Below, in pieces: positions 25,311 through 38,105 of a stretch of DNA of 64,000 nucleotides; the first letter of the stretch is position 1; every line of letters begins with the position of its first letter. This DNA is from Malacoraja senta (taxonomy: Eukaryota). A program made the translations under genes and the position numbers. Location of the stretch: assembly GCA_038087875.1 (NCBI GenBank), contig JAXLNO010000680.1:1-64000 (forward strand), in the 5' to 3' direction. Under the pieces are notes generated by a model. That model did not search any database. It worked only from the letters and a program-made list of their open reading frames with translations, and had not been told where the DNA came from.

Positions 25311-27210
25311 CTCTGCTGCTCATGATTTTGTACACCTCTATAAGATCACCCCTCATCCTCCTGCGCTCCAAGGAATAGAGACCCAGCCTGCTCAACCTCT
25401 CCCTGTAGCTCACACCCTCTAGTCCTGGCAACATCCTTGAAGATCATCTTTGTACCCTTTCCAGCTTGACAACACCTTTCCTATAACATTGTGCCCAGAA
25501 CTGAATACTCTAAATGCGGTCTCACCAACGTCTTATACAACTGCAAAATGACCTCCCAACTTCTATACTCAATACTCTGACTGATGAAGGCCAAAGTGTT
25601 TTGTTTAAAGCCTTTTTGACCATCTTATCTACCTGGGACTCGACCTTCAATGAACCATGCACCTGTACTCATAGATCCCTCTGCTCTACAACACTCCCCA
25701 GAGGCCGATCATTCACTGTGTCTTATTCTTCTCATGATTTTATACACCTCCATAAGATCCCCCCTCATCCTCCTGCGCTCCAGGGAATAGAGTTCCAGCC
25801 TACTCAACCTCTCCCTGTAGCTCACACCCTCGAGTCCTGGCAACATCCTCGTAAAACATGACGCATTTCCTTCAGCCTCTGCAATTTACAGAATTTTGCT
25901 AAACAGAATGTTTTCCAGTAAAACACAAGCCTTTTGTACATTGGGGTACGACTACACAAAGGCGTTTGGCACGTTGGCCTTCATCAGTCAGAGTATTGAA
26001 TATAGAAGTTGGGAGGTCACGTTGCAGTTGTATAAGACATTGGTGGGATTGCATTTAGAATATTGTGTTCAGTTCTGGGCACCATGTTGTAGGAAAGATG
26101 TTGTCAAGCTGGAAAGGGTGCAGAGATGATCTTCAAGAATGTTGCCAGGACTAGAGGGTGTGAGCTACAGGGAGAGGTTGAGCAGGCTGGGTCTCTATTC
26201 CTTGGAGCGCAGGAGGATGAGGGGTGATCTTACAAAGGTGTATAAAATCATGAGAGGAATAGATCGGGTAGACGCACAGAGTCTCTTGCCCAGAGCAGGG
26301 GAATCGAGGACCAGAGAACACAGGTTCAAGGCGAAGGGGGAAAAGATTTAATAGGAATCTGAGGGGTAACGCCATTAGACTATTAAACACAACTTCAAAC
26401 AAACTCTGAACTATAACAGCCTATTGCACTTTATCTGTTTACTTATTCATGTGTGTATATATATATATATACTATGGGATGGCGGGACTGTCATATGCTG
26501 AGAGAATGGAGCGGCTGGGCTTGTACTCTCTGGAGTTTAGAAGGATGAGAGGGAATCTTATTGAAACATATAAGATTATTAAGGGCTTGGACGCGCTAGA
26601 GGCAGGAAACATGTTCCCGATGTTGGGGGAGTCCAGAACCAGGGGCCACAGTTTAAGAAAAAGGGGTAAACCATTTAGAACGGAGACGAGGAAACACGTT
26701 TTCTCACAGAGAGCGGTGAGTCGGTGGAATTCTCTGCCTCAGAGGGCGGTGGAGGCCAGTTCTGTGGATGCTTTCAAGAAAGAGCTAGATAGGGCTCTTA
26801 AAGATAGCGGTCAGGGGATATGGGGAGAAGGCAGGAACGGGGTACTGTTTGGGGATGATCAGCCATGATCACATTGAATGGCGGTGCTGGCTCGAAGGGC
26901 CGAATGGCCTACTCCTGCACCTATTGTCTATTGTCTATTAAGACCGGCGACAACCTACGTCATCCTGGCGACAACCTACGACAGCACCTACGTCAAACCC
27001 ACTGTCGGTGAAAATATTTCAACATGTTGAAAATTTGGTGGCGGCCAGAAAGTCGCTACGACTTTTTGTGCGACTGATGAGACGACTCACGGCGAACATA
27101 TGGCGACAAACCAGTCGCCTGTCGTGGCCTAGAAACATTGCCTAAGTGGGACAGGCCCATTACTCCTGGAACCACCGACAACCCCTCGCCAACACGGTTC
27201 CCGTTTTCAC

Positions 27211-27372
27211 CTTGCTCTCGTCCATGGATTTGGAGTATTCCCGCAGTTTGTACTCTTCCCGTTCCAGGTGCGAGCTCTCGATGTCGGCGGAAAGGTGGGT
27301 CATGTTGGTCACCCAGGCGACCGTCCGCTCAGATGGGGTGACGGGGTGCAGCGTGGATGGGGAGTGGGAGGC
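27211..27372 (-). CDS. SYNGAP1: SynGAP exon (exon 16 equivalent), 162 bp; not in the ORF track
   Basis: [54 protein letters not shown]. Pyrimidine-rich acceptor ending ccccAG, donor AAG|GTGAAA; phase 0-0. Confidence 0.93.
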
Positions 27373-28454
27373 CTGGGGGGGGTACAGAACAGACAGTAGT
27401 CACAAATAACATCAGCAGTCTGAAGCAACGTGAAATGCACTTTACACATCGTAGCTCAGTATCCCCATCGACCGATCGACCGATCGATCGACCGCCTTAC
27501 GATTCGATAGAACTTGAATCATCCCAGCAGGGAAACTGATCATAAAAACACAAGAGACATGAAATTAAAAATGAAAGGATTGGGGGTGTGCAAAGATTGG
27601 GGAGGGGAGGGGGGTTGGGTCGGAGTCAGTCTCAGTCTACCCCACGACAGAAGGGGGAGGAGTTGTACACTTTGATAGCCACAGGGAAGAAGGATCTCCT
27701 GGGGCGTTCGGTGCTGCATCTTGGTGGAACCAGTCTGTTGCTGAAGGTGCTCCTCAGGTTGACCAGTGTGTCATGGAGGGGGTGAGTTGTTATTGTCCAG
27801 GATGCCTTTCATATATTCATAAGTGATAGGAGCAGAATTAGGCCATTCGGCCCAACTAGTCTACTCCGCCATTCAATCATGGCTGATCTATCTCTCCCTC
27901 CTAACCCCATTCTCCTGCCTTCTCCCCATAACCCCTGACACCCGTACTGATCAAGAATCTATCTATATCTCTGCCTTAAAAATATCCACTGACTTGGCCT
28001 CCACAGCCTTCTGTGGCCAAGAATTCCATTCAGTTATATCCCTGTTTTGTATCAGTTACAAAGTGGGATTTTCCCGTGGTGTCAAAGGTTTTCAGATTCT
28101 TGGCTGTTTATTTCATTCAAAGGCTGCAATGCCGGCATTTGTTGTCTGGTCCTAACCTCCCTGAACTGTGGAAGGGCCAACCAGGAATGAGTGGGTTAGC
28201 ATACGATGAGCGCTTGATGGCACTGGGCCTCTACTCGTTGGGCTTTAGAAGGTTGAAGCTTACAGAATAGTGAAAGGCTTGGATAGAGTGGGTGTGGAGA
28301 GGATGTTTCCACTAGTGGGAGAGTCTAGGACCAGAGGGGCACAGCCTCAGAATTAAAGGACGCTCTTTAAGAAAGGAGGTGAGGAGGAGCTTTAGTCAGA
28401 GGGTGGTGAATCTGTGGAACTCATTGGTAGAGAGGGGTGTGGAGAGGGACCAGT

Positions 28455-28760
28455 AGAGCGTCCCTTGTAGCCAGGGTCCGGAGGGCAAGGAGCACCGCCT
28501 CTCCACCTCGGGTCCGTAGGGGGAGGAGCGTCTCTGCTGTCAGCGACCGGGGGAATGGTGACGGGACCTAGGGTAGAGGGCAGGGCCGAAGATGTCCTGG
28601 TTGGGTTGCTCCTAGGCCTGGCCAAGCTGGCCATCCGCGAGTCACGGTGCCAGGCGGAAGAGGGCTCTGCCCGAGCCGGATGCTTGCCCCTTTACCGGGG
28701 GTAACGTCCGTGCCCGGGTGGTGTTAGAGAGGGACATCGTTGTTACTTGGTATATAAGTA
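28455..28760 (+). mobile_element. Probable Tx1/L1-clade LINE 3' remnant
   Basis: Reads EDVLVGLLLGLAKLAIRESR, resembling the C-terminus of fish/amphibian Tx1 ORF2. Confidence 0.5.
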
Positions 28761-29624
28761 AGGGTTGTAATATAGTTATTTGGAAATTTAGTGTCTAAAT
28801 AATTTGGTGATTTTGTACTATGGTGGTGGGTGTCACCACAGTTTTGGTTTATTAAGGGCTTGGACACGCTAGAGACAGGAAACATGATCCCGATGTTGGG
28901 GGAGTCCAGAACCAGGGGCCACATTTTAAGAAAAGGAGTAAGTCATTTAGAACGGAGACGAGGAAACACTTTTTCTCACAGAGAGTGGTGAGTCTGTGGA
29001 ATTCTCTGCCTCAGAGGGCGGTGGAGGCCGGTTCTCTGGATGCTTTCAAGAGAGAGCTAGATAGGGCTCTTAAAAATAGCGGAGTCAGGGGATATGGGGA
29101 TATGGGGAGAAGGCAGGAACGGGGTACTGATTGGGGATGATCAGCCATGATCACATTGAATGGCGGTGCTGGCTCGAAGGGCCGAATGGCCTACTCCTGC
29201 ACCTATTGTCTATTCTATCGTGATAGTAATTAAATGAATTATTTTTGATACCAAAAAAAAGGCCAAGTCAGTGGATATATTTAAAGCAGAGATAGATAGA
29301 TTCTTGATTAGTACGGGTGTCAGGGGTTATGGGGAGAAGGCAGGAGAATGGGGTTAGGAGCGAGAGATAGATCAGCCATGACTGAATGGCAGAGTAGACT
29401 CGATGGGCCGAATGGCCCAATTCTACTCCGATCGCTTGTGGACTTGTGAACCATATTGGTGGATGTGGAGTCACATATAGACCAGACTCTGTCGGGCTGG
29501 CTGATTCCCACTCTTGCAAGATGCATAGGAGAGAACGGCAGATGCCGGTTTACACCGAAGATAGACACAGAAAGCCGGATTAACTCAGCGGGACAGGCAG
29601 CATCTCTGGAGAGAAAGAATGGGT

Positions 29625-29652
29625 GACGTTTCGGGTCGAGACCCTTCTTCAG
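29625..29652 (-). ncRNA. Minimal hammerhead-ribozyme-like motif, sense to the SYNGAP1 pre-mRNA
   Basis: Reverse complement CTGAAGAAGGGTCTCGACCCGAAACGTC. Confidence 0.6.
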
Positions 29653-31879
29653 GCTGAGAGTCAGGGGAGAGGGAAGCGAGAGATATAGACGGTGATGTAG
29701 AGAGATAGAAACATAGAAAATAGGTGCAGGAGGAGGCCATTTGGCTCTTTGAGCCAGCACCGCCATTCATTGTGATCATGGTTGATTGTCCCCAATCAAT
29801 AACCTGTGCCTGCCTTCTCCCCATATCCCTTGACTCCACTAGTCCCTAGAGCTCTACCTAACTCTCTCTGAAATCCATCCAGTGATTTGGCCTCCACTGC
29901 CCTCTGTGGCAGGGAATTCCACAAATTCACATCTCTCTGGGTGAAAACGTTTTTTCTCACCTCAGTCTTAAATGGCCTCCCCTTTATTCTAAGACTGTGT
30001 GGCCCCTGGTTCTGGACTCGCCCAACATTGGGAACATTTTTCCTGCATCTAGCTTGTCCAGTCCTTTTATAATTTTATGTTTCTATAAGATATCCCCTCA
30101 TCCTTCTAAACTCCAGTGAATACAAGCCTAGTCTTTCCAATCTTTCCTCATATGACAGTCATCCTTGTGATAGAAAAGAAATGAATGAAAGATATGCAAA
30201 AAAGTAATGATGATAAGGGAAACAGGCCGTTGTTAACTGTGTGCTAGGTGAAAACGAGTTACAGACAATGAGACTCAACAAGACGGCTTTGAAGCTGGTA
30301 CGACTGGGGTGGGGGAGGGATGGAGAGAGAGGGGATTACTTGAAGTTGGAGAAATCAGCTTGTAACCCAGTGGTATGAACATTGATTTCTCTAACTTTAA
30401 TTAACCCCTGCACCCCCTCACGTTTCTCAGCTGCTCATGATTTTGTACACCTCTATAAGATCACCCCTCATCCTCCTGCGCTCCAAGGAATAGAGACCCA
30501 GCCTGCTTAACCTCTCCCGGTAGCTCACACCCTCTAGTCCTGGCAACATCCTTGAAGATCATCTTTGTACCCTTTCCAGCTTGACAACACCTTTCCTATA
30601 ACATGGTGCCCAGAACTGAATACTCTAAATGCGGTCTCACCAGCGTCTTATACAACTGCAAAATGACCTCCCAACTTCTATACTCAATACTCTGACTGAT
30701 GAAGGCCAAAGTGCTTAAAGCCTTTTTGACCATCTTATCTACCTGGGACTCGACCTTCAATGAACCATGCACCTGTACTCCTAGATCCCTCTGCTCTACA
30801 ACACTCCCCAGAGGCCGATCATTCACTGTGTCTTATTCTTCTCATGATTTTATACACCTCCATAAGATCCCCCCTCATCCTCCTGCGCTCCAGGGAATAG
30901 AGTTCCAGCCTAATCAACCTCTCCCTGTAGCTCACACCCTCTAGTCCTGGCAACATCCTCGTAAAACATGACGCATTTCCTTCAGCCTCTGCAATTTACA
31001 GAATTTTGCTAAACAGAATGTTTTCCAGTAAAACACAAGCCTTTTGTACATTGGGGTACGACTACACAAAGGCGTTTGGCACGTTGGCCTTCATCAGTCA
31101 GAGTATTGAGTATAGAAGTTGGGAGGTCACGTTGCAGTTGTATAAGACATTGGTGAGATTGCATTTAGAATATTGTGTTCAGTTCTGGGCACCATGTTGT
31201 AGGAAAGATGTTGTCAAGCTGGAAAGGGTGCAGAGATGATCTTCAAGGATGTTGCCAGGACTAGAGGGTGTGAGCTACAGGGAGAGGTTGAGCAGGCTGG
31301 GTCTCTATTCCTTGGAGCGCAGGAGGATGAGGGGTGATCTTACAAAGGTGTATAAAATCATGAGAGGAATAGATCGGGTAGACGCACAGAGTCTCTTGCC
31401 CAGAGTAGGGGAATCGAGGACCAGAGGACATGGGTTCAAGGTGAAGGGGAAAAGATTTAATAGGAATCTGAGGGGTAACGCCATCAGACTATTAAACACA
31501 ACTTCATACAAACTCTGAACTATAACAGCCTATTGCACTTTATCTGTTTACTTATTCATGTGTGTATATATATATATACTATGGTATATGGACACACTGA
31601 TCTGTTTTGTAGTCAATGCCTACTATGTTCTGTTGTGCTGAAGCAAAGCAAGAATGTCATTGTCCTATCTGGGACACATGACAACAAACTCTCTTGAAAG
31701 GGGGATAGACAGATACAGAGTTGATATTTCAGGTTGAAGACTGGGGCGGCACGTTGGAGCAGCGGTAGAGTTGCTGCCTCACAGCGCCAGAGACCCGGGT
31801 TCCATCCTGACCACGGGTGCCGTCGGTACGGAGTTGGCACCTATTCCCTGTGACCACATTGGGTTTCCTCCGGGTGGCA

Positions 31880-32679
31880 TATGGTGCTAGCACAACAACC
31901 TGGCCCTCAACACCAGCAAGACCAAGGAACTGATTGTGGACTTTGGAAGGAGTAGGATGGGGACCCACAGTCCCGTTTATATCAACGGGTCGATGGTTGA
32001 AAGGGTCAAGAGCTTCAAATTCCTGGGCGTGCACATCTCTGAAGATCTTTCCTGGTCCGAGAACAATGATGCCATTATTAAGAAAGCACATCAGCGCCTC
32101 TACTTCCTGAGAAGATTACGGAGAGTCGGTTTGTCAAGGAGGACTCTCTCGAACTTCTACAGGTGCACAGTAGAGAGCATGCTGACCGGTTGCATGGTGG
32201 CTTGGTTCGGCAACCTGAGCGCCCTGGAGAGGAAAAGACTACAAAAAGTAGTAAACACTGCCCAGTCCATCATCGGCTCTGACCTCCCTTCCATCGAGGG
32301 GATCTACCACAGTCGCTGCCTCAAAAAGGCTGGCAGTGTCATCAAGGACCCACACCATCCTGCCCACACACTCATCTCCCTACTACCTTCAGGTAGAAGG
32401 TACAGGAGCCTGAAGACTGCAACGACCAGGTTCAGGAACAGCTACTTCCCCACAGCCATCAGGCTATTAAACCTGGCTCGGACATAACACTGAACTTTAT
32501 TAGCCAATACTGTTATTTGCACTTTATCAGTATATTGACCATTGTGTATATATTTATAGAATGTCTTGTAGTAAATGCCTACTATGTTCTGTTGTGCTCA
32601 AGCAAAGCAAGAATTGCATTGTCCTACCAGGGACACATGACAATAAACTCACTTGACTTGACTTGACTTGACTTGACTT
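31880..32679 (+). mobile_element. Rex1/Babar-type LINE 3' fragment, about 0.8 kb
   Basis: NLALNTSKTKELIVDF...SFKFLGVHISEDLSW...KKAHQRLYFLRRL...; (CTTGA)n tail. Confidence 0.9.
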
Positions 32680-33842
32680 GCTCCGGTTTCCTCCCACCCT
32701 CCAAACACGTGCAGGTTCGGAGCTTAATTGGCTTCTGTGGATTGTAGGATAGAACTAGTGTACGGGGTTGACTGTAGGTCAGCGTGGACCCGGTGGGCTG
32801 AAGGGCCTGTTTCCACACTGTATCTCTAAACTAATCTGCAATTGTTTCCCCCCGTACCCAATTCTAAGAAAAAGCACCCGTATCCAGGATCGAACCCGGG
32901 TCTCCGGTGCTACAAGCGCTGTAAGGCAGCAACTCTACCGCTGCGCCACCATAAAACGGCATCTGCTGTTCCCTCCTACACACAGAGTCCAATCTAAGGC
33001 AGTCCGAGGGTCCCCGATGAGGTAGAGACTAGTTCAGGATGGCTCTCTCTCTCTCGCTGATAGCAGTGGGATGGCTCAGTGGCCTTGTATCCACTGGAAT
33101 TTAGAAGGATGAGAGGGCATCTTATAGACACATATAAAATTCTTAAAGAATTGGACAGGCTAGATGCGGGAAAAATGTTCCCAATGTTGGGGGAGACCAG
33201 AACCAGGGGTCACACAGTTTAAGAATAAGGGGCCGGCCATTTAAGACTGAGATGAGGAAAACCTTTTCCACCCAGAGAGTTGTGAATCTGTGGAATTCTC
33301 TGCCACAGAAGGCAGTGGAGGCCAATTCACTGGATGTTTTCAAGAGAGAGTTAGATTTAGCTCTTAGGGCTAACGGAATCAAGGGATATGGGGAGAAAGC
33401 AGGAACGGGGAACTATTTGGGGATGATCAGGCATGAGTACAGAAGTGAGATTGACCGATTCACCAAATGGTGCCAGCACAACAACCTGGCTCTCAACACC
33501 AGCAAAACCAAGGAACTGATTGTGGACTTTGGAAGGAGTAGGATAGGGACACAGAGAGAGTTAGATACAGCTCTTAGGGCTAACGGAATCAAGGGATTAT
33601 GGAGAGAAGGCAGGAACGGGGCACTGATTCTGGATGATCAGCCATCACCCAAAGGGACTGGGAAATCGACAGAAGAATGTGTTTTTTTTCCATGTTATTT
33701 ATTTTAGTTGTTTATCTTAGACTTTTGCTCTAAGAAAATGTGTGCACTGACTGGTTGGCATTTCTAATTTCGTTGTACATGTTTACATGTTATAATGACC
33801 CCCGGTCCATGTCAACTCCCATCCCATAACCTCCACGAACTT

Positions 33843-34530
33843 ATTTAAGTTTCTGGGCACCTATATCTGCAATAATCTAAAATGGCACATCAATGCTGAC
33901 CACATCATTAAGAAAGGACAACAACGCCTATACTTCCTCAGACAGCTCAAGAAGTTCAGAGTCCACAAACACCTCCTGGTACGCTTCTATCAATCCATCA
34001 TTGAAAGCATCATCACCTCCTCAATCACAGTCTGGTACGGAAACACTGACAGTCACTCACTACACAGAATACAGCGCATTGTCTCCAAGGCCTCTAGGAT
34101 CATCAACTCTCCCCTCCCCTCAATCCATTCCATTTACCTCCAACGTACCTCAAAACGGGCAACAAAGATCACCTCGGACCCCTCCCATCCAGCAAACCAC
34201 CTTTTCCAGTCTCTCCCTTCAGGGAGGAGCCTTAGGTCACTTGCTACAAAATCCACCCGTTTTAAAAACAGTTTCTTCCCCTCAGCAATAAGAACACTTA
34301 ATTCCCTCCAATAACTTTTTGACTTTGATGTATACAGTGTCTTGTCTATGGTTTTTGTCTGTTCTTTTGCACTATGTATTGTTGGTGAGATTTGTGATTT
34401 GTGATGTGCTTTATTATTATGATCTGTGTTGTTATTAGTGTTAATGTGCTAAAGCAGTGTACCATCATGTACCGAACCCAATTACCACCAACCCTGGTCG
34501 TGTGGCAAATAAAGATTCTATTCTATAAAG
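33843..34530 (+). mobile_element. Second, divergent Rex1-like LINE 3' fragment
   Basis: FKFLGTYICNNLKWHINADHIIKKGQQRLYFLRQLKKF...SDPSHPANHLFQSLPSGRSLRS...RFKNSFFPSAIRTLNSLQ*; AATAAA tail. Confidence 0.8.
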
Positions 34531-34659
34531 TATTCATTCATTCGTTCATGATCACATTGAATGGCGGTGCTGGCTCGAAGGGCCGAATGGCCGACTCCTG
34601 TACCTATTTTTCTCTGCTCTCTATGACAACAGTTCCTTCCGCCAGGCCCGGCCTCGTAC

Positions 34660-35518
34660 CTGTTTGTTGATGGCAGATTTGGGGGCTGGTGCATCGGCCT
34701 TGGCCATGATGGACTGCTGCCGGACCTTGGCGGGGTGGGCCGGCTCTGCGGGCGACTGGAGCAGGTTGGCGCTGGGTGGCCGCGGTCTCTGCGCGGCGCT
34801 GACCGTCAGCTGCTGGGTCTTGCCCCGGACCAGTGGCGGGGGCGGGGGTGGCGGCGGCTGGTCGATGCGGCGCTGCGGCCCGATGTTGGTGGGCGGGGTG
34901 GACAGCATGTGCTGGAGGTTGTCGGTCAGAGACAGCTGACGCCGGCTGAACTCGCTGTTCTGCCGGGCAAACTCGTCGCTGTAGCTGTGGCTGTGGAAGA
35001 TCTGCTTGTTGGCCGACAGATCCTCGCTCTTGCTGTAGCCGTGGTAGCCCAGCAGGCCGGCCCCCGGGTCGGCCGGCGTCCTCAGGCTGGCCGGCCCGTC
35101 CGACGTCATGTTGAACAGCGGGTTCTGGAAGGACAGGGGGACCCTCAGCTGCCCGTGCAAGCCGTCCGTGGTGATCCCCATCTGCCCCAACCTCAGGCCT
35201 CCGGACACGCTCGAACCGCTGCCCTGGGACAGCCGGCTAGGCCTGAGGCCTACCGTAGTGCCGATGGAGGCCTGGCTGCTGTTCAACATCTCCCCGACGG
35301 TCTGCATGTTGCTGATGCTGTTCATGCTCCTGCTGTCCTGCAGGTCCATCATGGAGATGCTCTTGTTGGTGGTCATCATCTTGGGGTCGGGCTCGGTGAT
35401 GTCCGAGCTGCTGGTGCAGTACGCCGGCGAGGAGCGGGCCAGAGGGGGCCGCGTTACGTAGAACACGTCCTTCCCCTTCTCCTTGGTCGGCGACGGCAGC
35501 CGCGTCATGTCGATCGAG
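34660..35518 (-). CDS. SYNGAP1: SynGAP large disordered-region exon (exon 15 equivalent), 859 bp
   Basis: [14 protein letters not shown]...[25 protein letters not shown]...[12 protein letters not shown]...[10 protein letters not shown]...HSHSYSDEF...RRQLSL...RQQS...INKQ; these motifs point to SYNGAP1 rather than DAB2IP/RASAL2. Acceptor ccgttcacAG (phase 2), donor CAG|GTACGA (phase 0). Confidence 0.96.
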
Positions 35519-35569
35519 CTGTGAACGGACACAGAGCGACAAGTCAGTTTCATCGTCATCCTTCCGCTG

Positions 35570-36095
35570 GACACCTCCGCTCAGTCCGCCCAGACCTACC
35601 TGATCTCCCGGTTGCTCAACACTTCAACTCCCCCTCCCATTCCCACACTGACCTTTCTGTCCTGGGCCTCCTCCACTGTCAGAGTGAGGCCCAGCGCTAA
35701 TTGGAGGAACAGCACCTCATATTTCACTTGGGCAGCTCACACCCCAGCGGTATGAACATTGACCTCTCTAACTTCAAGTAATCCTTACTTCCCCTCTCTC
35801 TCCATCCCTCCCCCACCCTCGTTCTCCGACTAGAATGACTGTCCTCCTGATTAAATTGTACCGAGTGTTCGCCTCGGTGCCACCTTCCCCCACCTAACAG
35901 TGACATATTCTACATTTTCCCTGAGCTTCGCCCACTGTGAGCTCCCGTTTTCACACCTTACCCTTCCCATATCTCCAGTCTCTCTTCCTCCTGACTCTCA
36001 GTCTGAAGAAGAAACCATTCCTTCTCTCCGGAGATGCTGCCGTGCCCTGCTGGGTTCCTTCACCATGTTGTGGGCTATCTTCTCTCCCTGCTTCT
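35570..36095 (+). mobile_element. Penelope-like element 3' fragment (GIY-YIG end plus terminal repeat)
   Basis: [23 protein letters not shown]...LEEQHLIF...GMNIDLSNFK*, followed by the terminal-repeat sequence; lies about 50 bp from the exon 15 acceptor. Confidence 0.8.
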
Positions 36096-37269
36096 CTAAC
36101 TTCAAGTAGCCCTTGCTTTCCCTCTCTCCCCATCCCCTCCCCCTACCCAGTTCCCCCACCAGTCTTACTGTCTCCGACTACATTCTACCTCTGTCCCGCC
36201 CTCTCCCCTGACATCAGTCTGAAGAAGGGTCTCCACCCGAAGCGTCACCCATTCCTTCTCTCCAGGGACGCTGCCTGCCCCTGTTACTCCAGCATTTTGT
36301 GTCTACCTTAGATTTAAACCAGCACCTGCAGTTCCTTCCTACACATCGTCCACGTGTACCGAGGTGCAGTGAAAAGCTTTTGTTGTGTGCTAACCAGTCA
36401 GCGGAAAGGCAATACATGATTACAATCGAGCCGTCCAGTGTACAGATACATGATAAGGGAATAATGTTTAGTGCAAGGGAATAGTGCAAGAGTTGAATTC
36501 AAGAGAGAGTTAGATTTAGCTCTTAGGGCTAACAGAATCAAGGGGCTATGGGGAGAAAGCAGGAAGGGGGCACTGATTTTAGATGATCAGCCATGATAAT
36601 ATTGAATGGCAGTGCTGGCCTGAAGGGCCGAATGGCCTGCTCCTGCACCTATATTCTATGTTTCTGATAATGTTTAGTGCAACGGAGTGAAAGTTTCACT
36701 GGGGAACAGAGTGGTGAGCAGTGGGTGATGTGTATTGTATCTTGTGTCTTTATGACTGTTGGCAGACCAATTTCCCTCCTGGGATAAACAAAGTTCTATC
36801 GTATCGTCTCGTATGTGCGATGGGGACTGGACATTGCGCCTTCCCCCACAGTGTTGTCCATTGTGGGGGGATGATTTTTTTTCTGTGTAGTGTCCATGTT
36901 AGTCTGTGTCCAAGATGGCGGTCGGAAGGGAGAATGGACGCTGGCGCGGTTTAGCTGCCGCTGCTCTCTCTTCACATTGTGTTTCTGATTTCTTTTTTGT
37001 CTTTGGATCCAATTCTGTCTTTAATTTGTGTATTGGTGATGTCTTATTGGTGATAACTTATTTTACTCCAATTATACGGTTCTTTGTTAAATTCTGTAAG
37101 GTGTCCTTGAGACTTTTGTATAGGCGCCCACAAATAAAATCTATTATTAATATTATTATTATTGTAAAGTTCTATTGTATTGTGTCGTCTCGTATGTGGG
37201 ATGGACTGCACAAAGTGGTTGAAGATAGACACAAAAAGCTGGAGTAACTCAGCGGGATTCCAGCAGGAA

Positions 37270-38105
37270 AAATATGAAAACGGATAAGTCTCCAGGTGCT
37301 GACAGGATATTCCCGAGGACATTGAGGGAAGTTAGTGTAGAAATAGCAGGGGCTATGACAGAAATATTTCAAATGTCATTAGAAACGGGAATAGTGCCGG
37401 AGGATTGGCGTACTGCGCATGTTGTTCCGTTGTTTAAAAAGGGTTCGAAGAGTAAACCTAGCAATTATAGACCTGTTAGGATGTAATGTTAAAATTGTAC
37501 AAGGCATTGGTGAGGCCAATTCTGGAGTATGGAGTACAATTTTGGTCGCCTAATTATAGGAAGGATGTCAACAAAATAGAGAGAGTACAGAGGAGATTTA
37601 CTAGAATGTTGCCTGGGTTTCAGCAACTAAGTTACAGAGAAAGGTTGAACAAGTTAGGTCTTTATTCTTTGGAGCGCAGAAGGTTAAGAGGGGACTTGAT
37701 AGAGGTCTTTAAAATGATGAGCGGGTTAGACAGAGTTGACGGGGATAAGCTTTTTCCATTGAGAGTAGGGAAGATTCAAACAAGGGGACATGACTTGAGA
37801 ATTAAGGGACAGATGTTTAGGGGTAACATTAGGGGGAACTTCTTTACTCAGAGAGTGGTAGCTGTGTGGAATGAGCTTCCAGTGGAAGTGGTGGAGGCTG
37901 GTTCGATTTTATCCTTTAAAAATAGATTGGATGGGTATATGGACGGGAAAGGAATGGAGGGTTATGGTCTGAGTGCAGGTAGATGAGACTAGGGGGAAGT
38001 ATTTATTTACAAAAAAAAAACACAAAAAAATGTTCGGCACGGACTTGAAGGGCCGAGATGGCCTGTTTCCGTGCTGTAATGGTTATATGGTTATATGGTT
38101 ATGGG
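37270..38105 (+). mobile_element. CR1-clade LINE with internal deletion
   Basis: KSPGADRIFPRTLRE...VPEDWRTAHVVPLFKKG...NYRPV joined directly to the ORF2 C-terminus LYKALVRPILEY. Confidence 0.85.

Noticed and set aside
34735..35700. 321-aa plus-strand ORF
   Set aside because: Antisense shadow of the GC-rich SynGAP exon running into a Penelope fragment.
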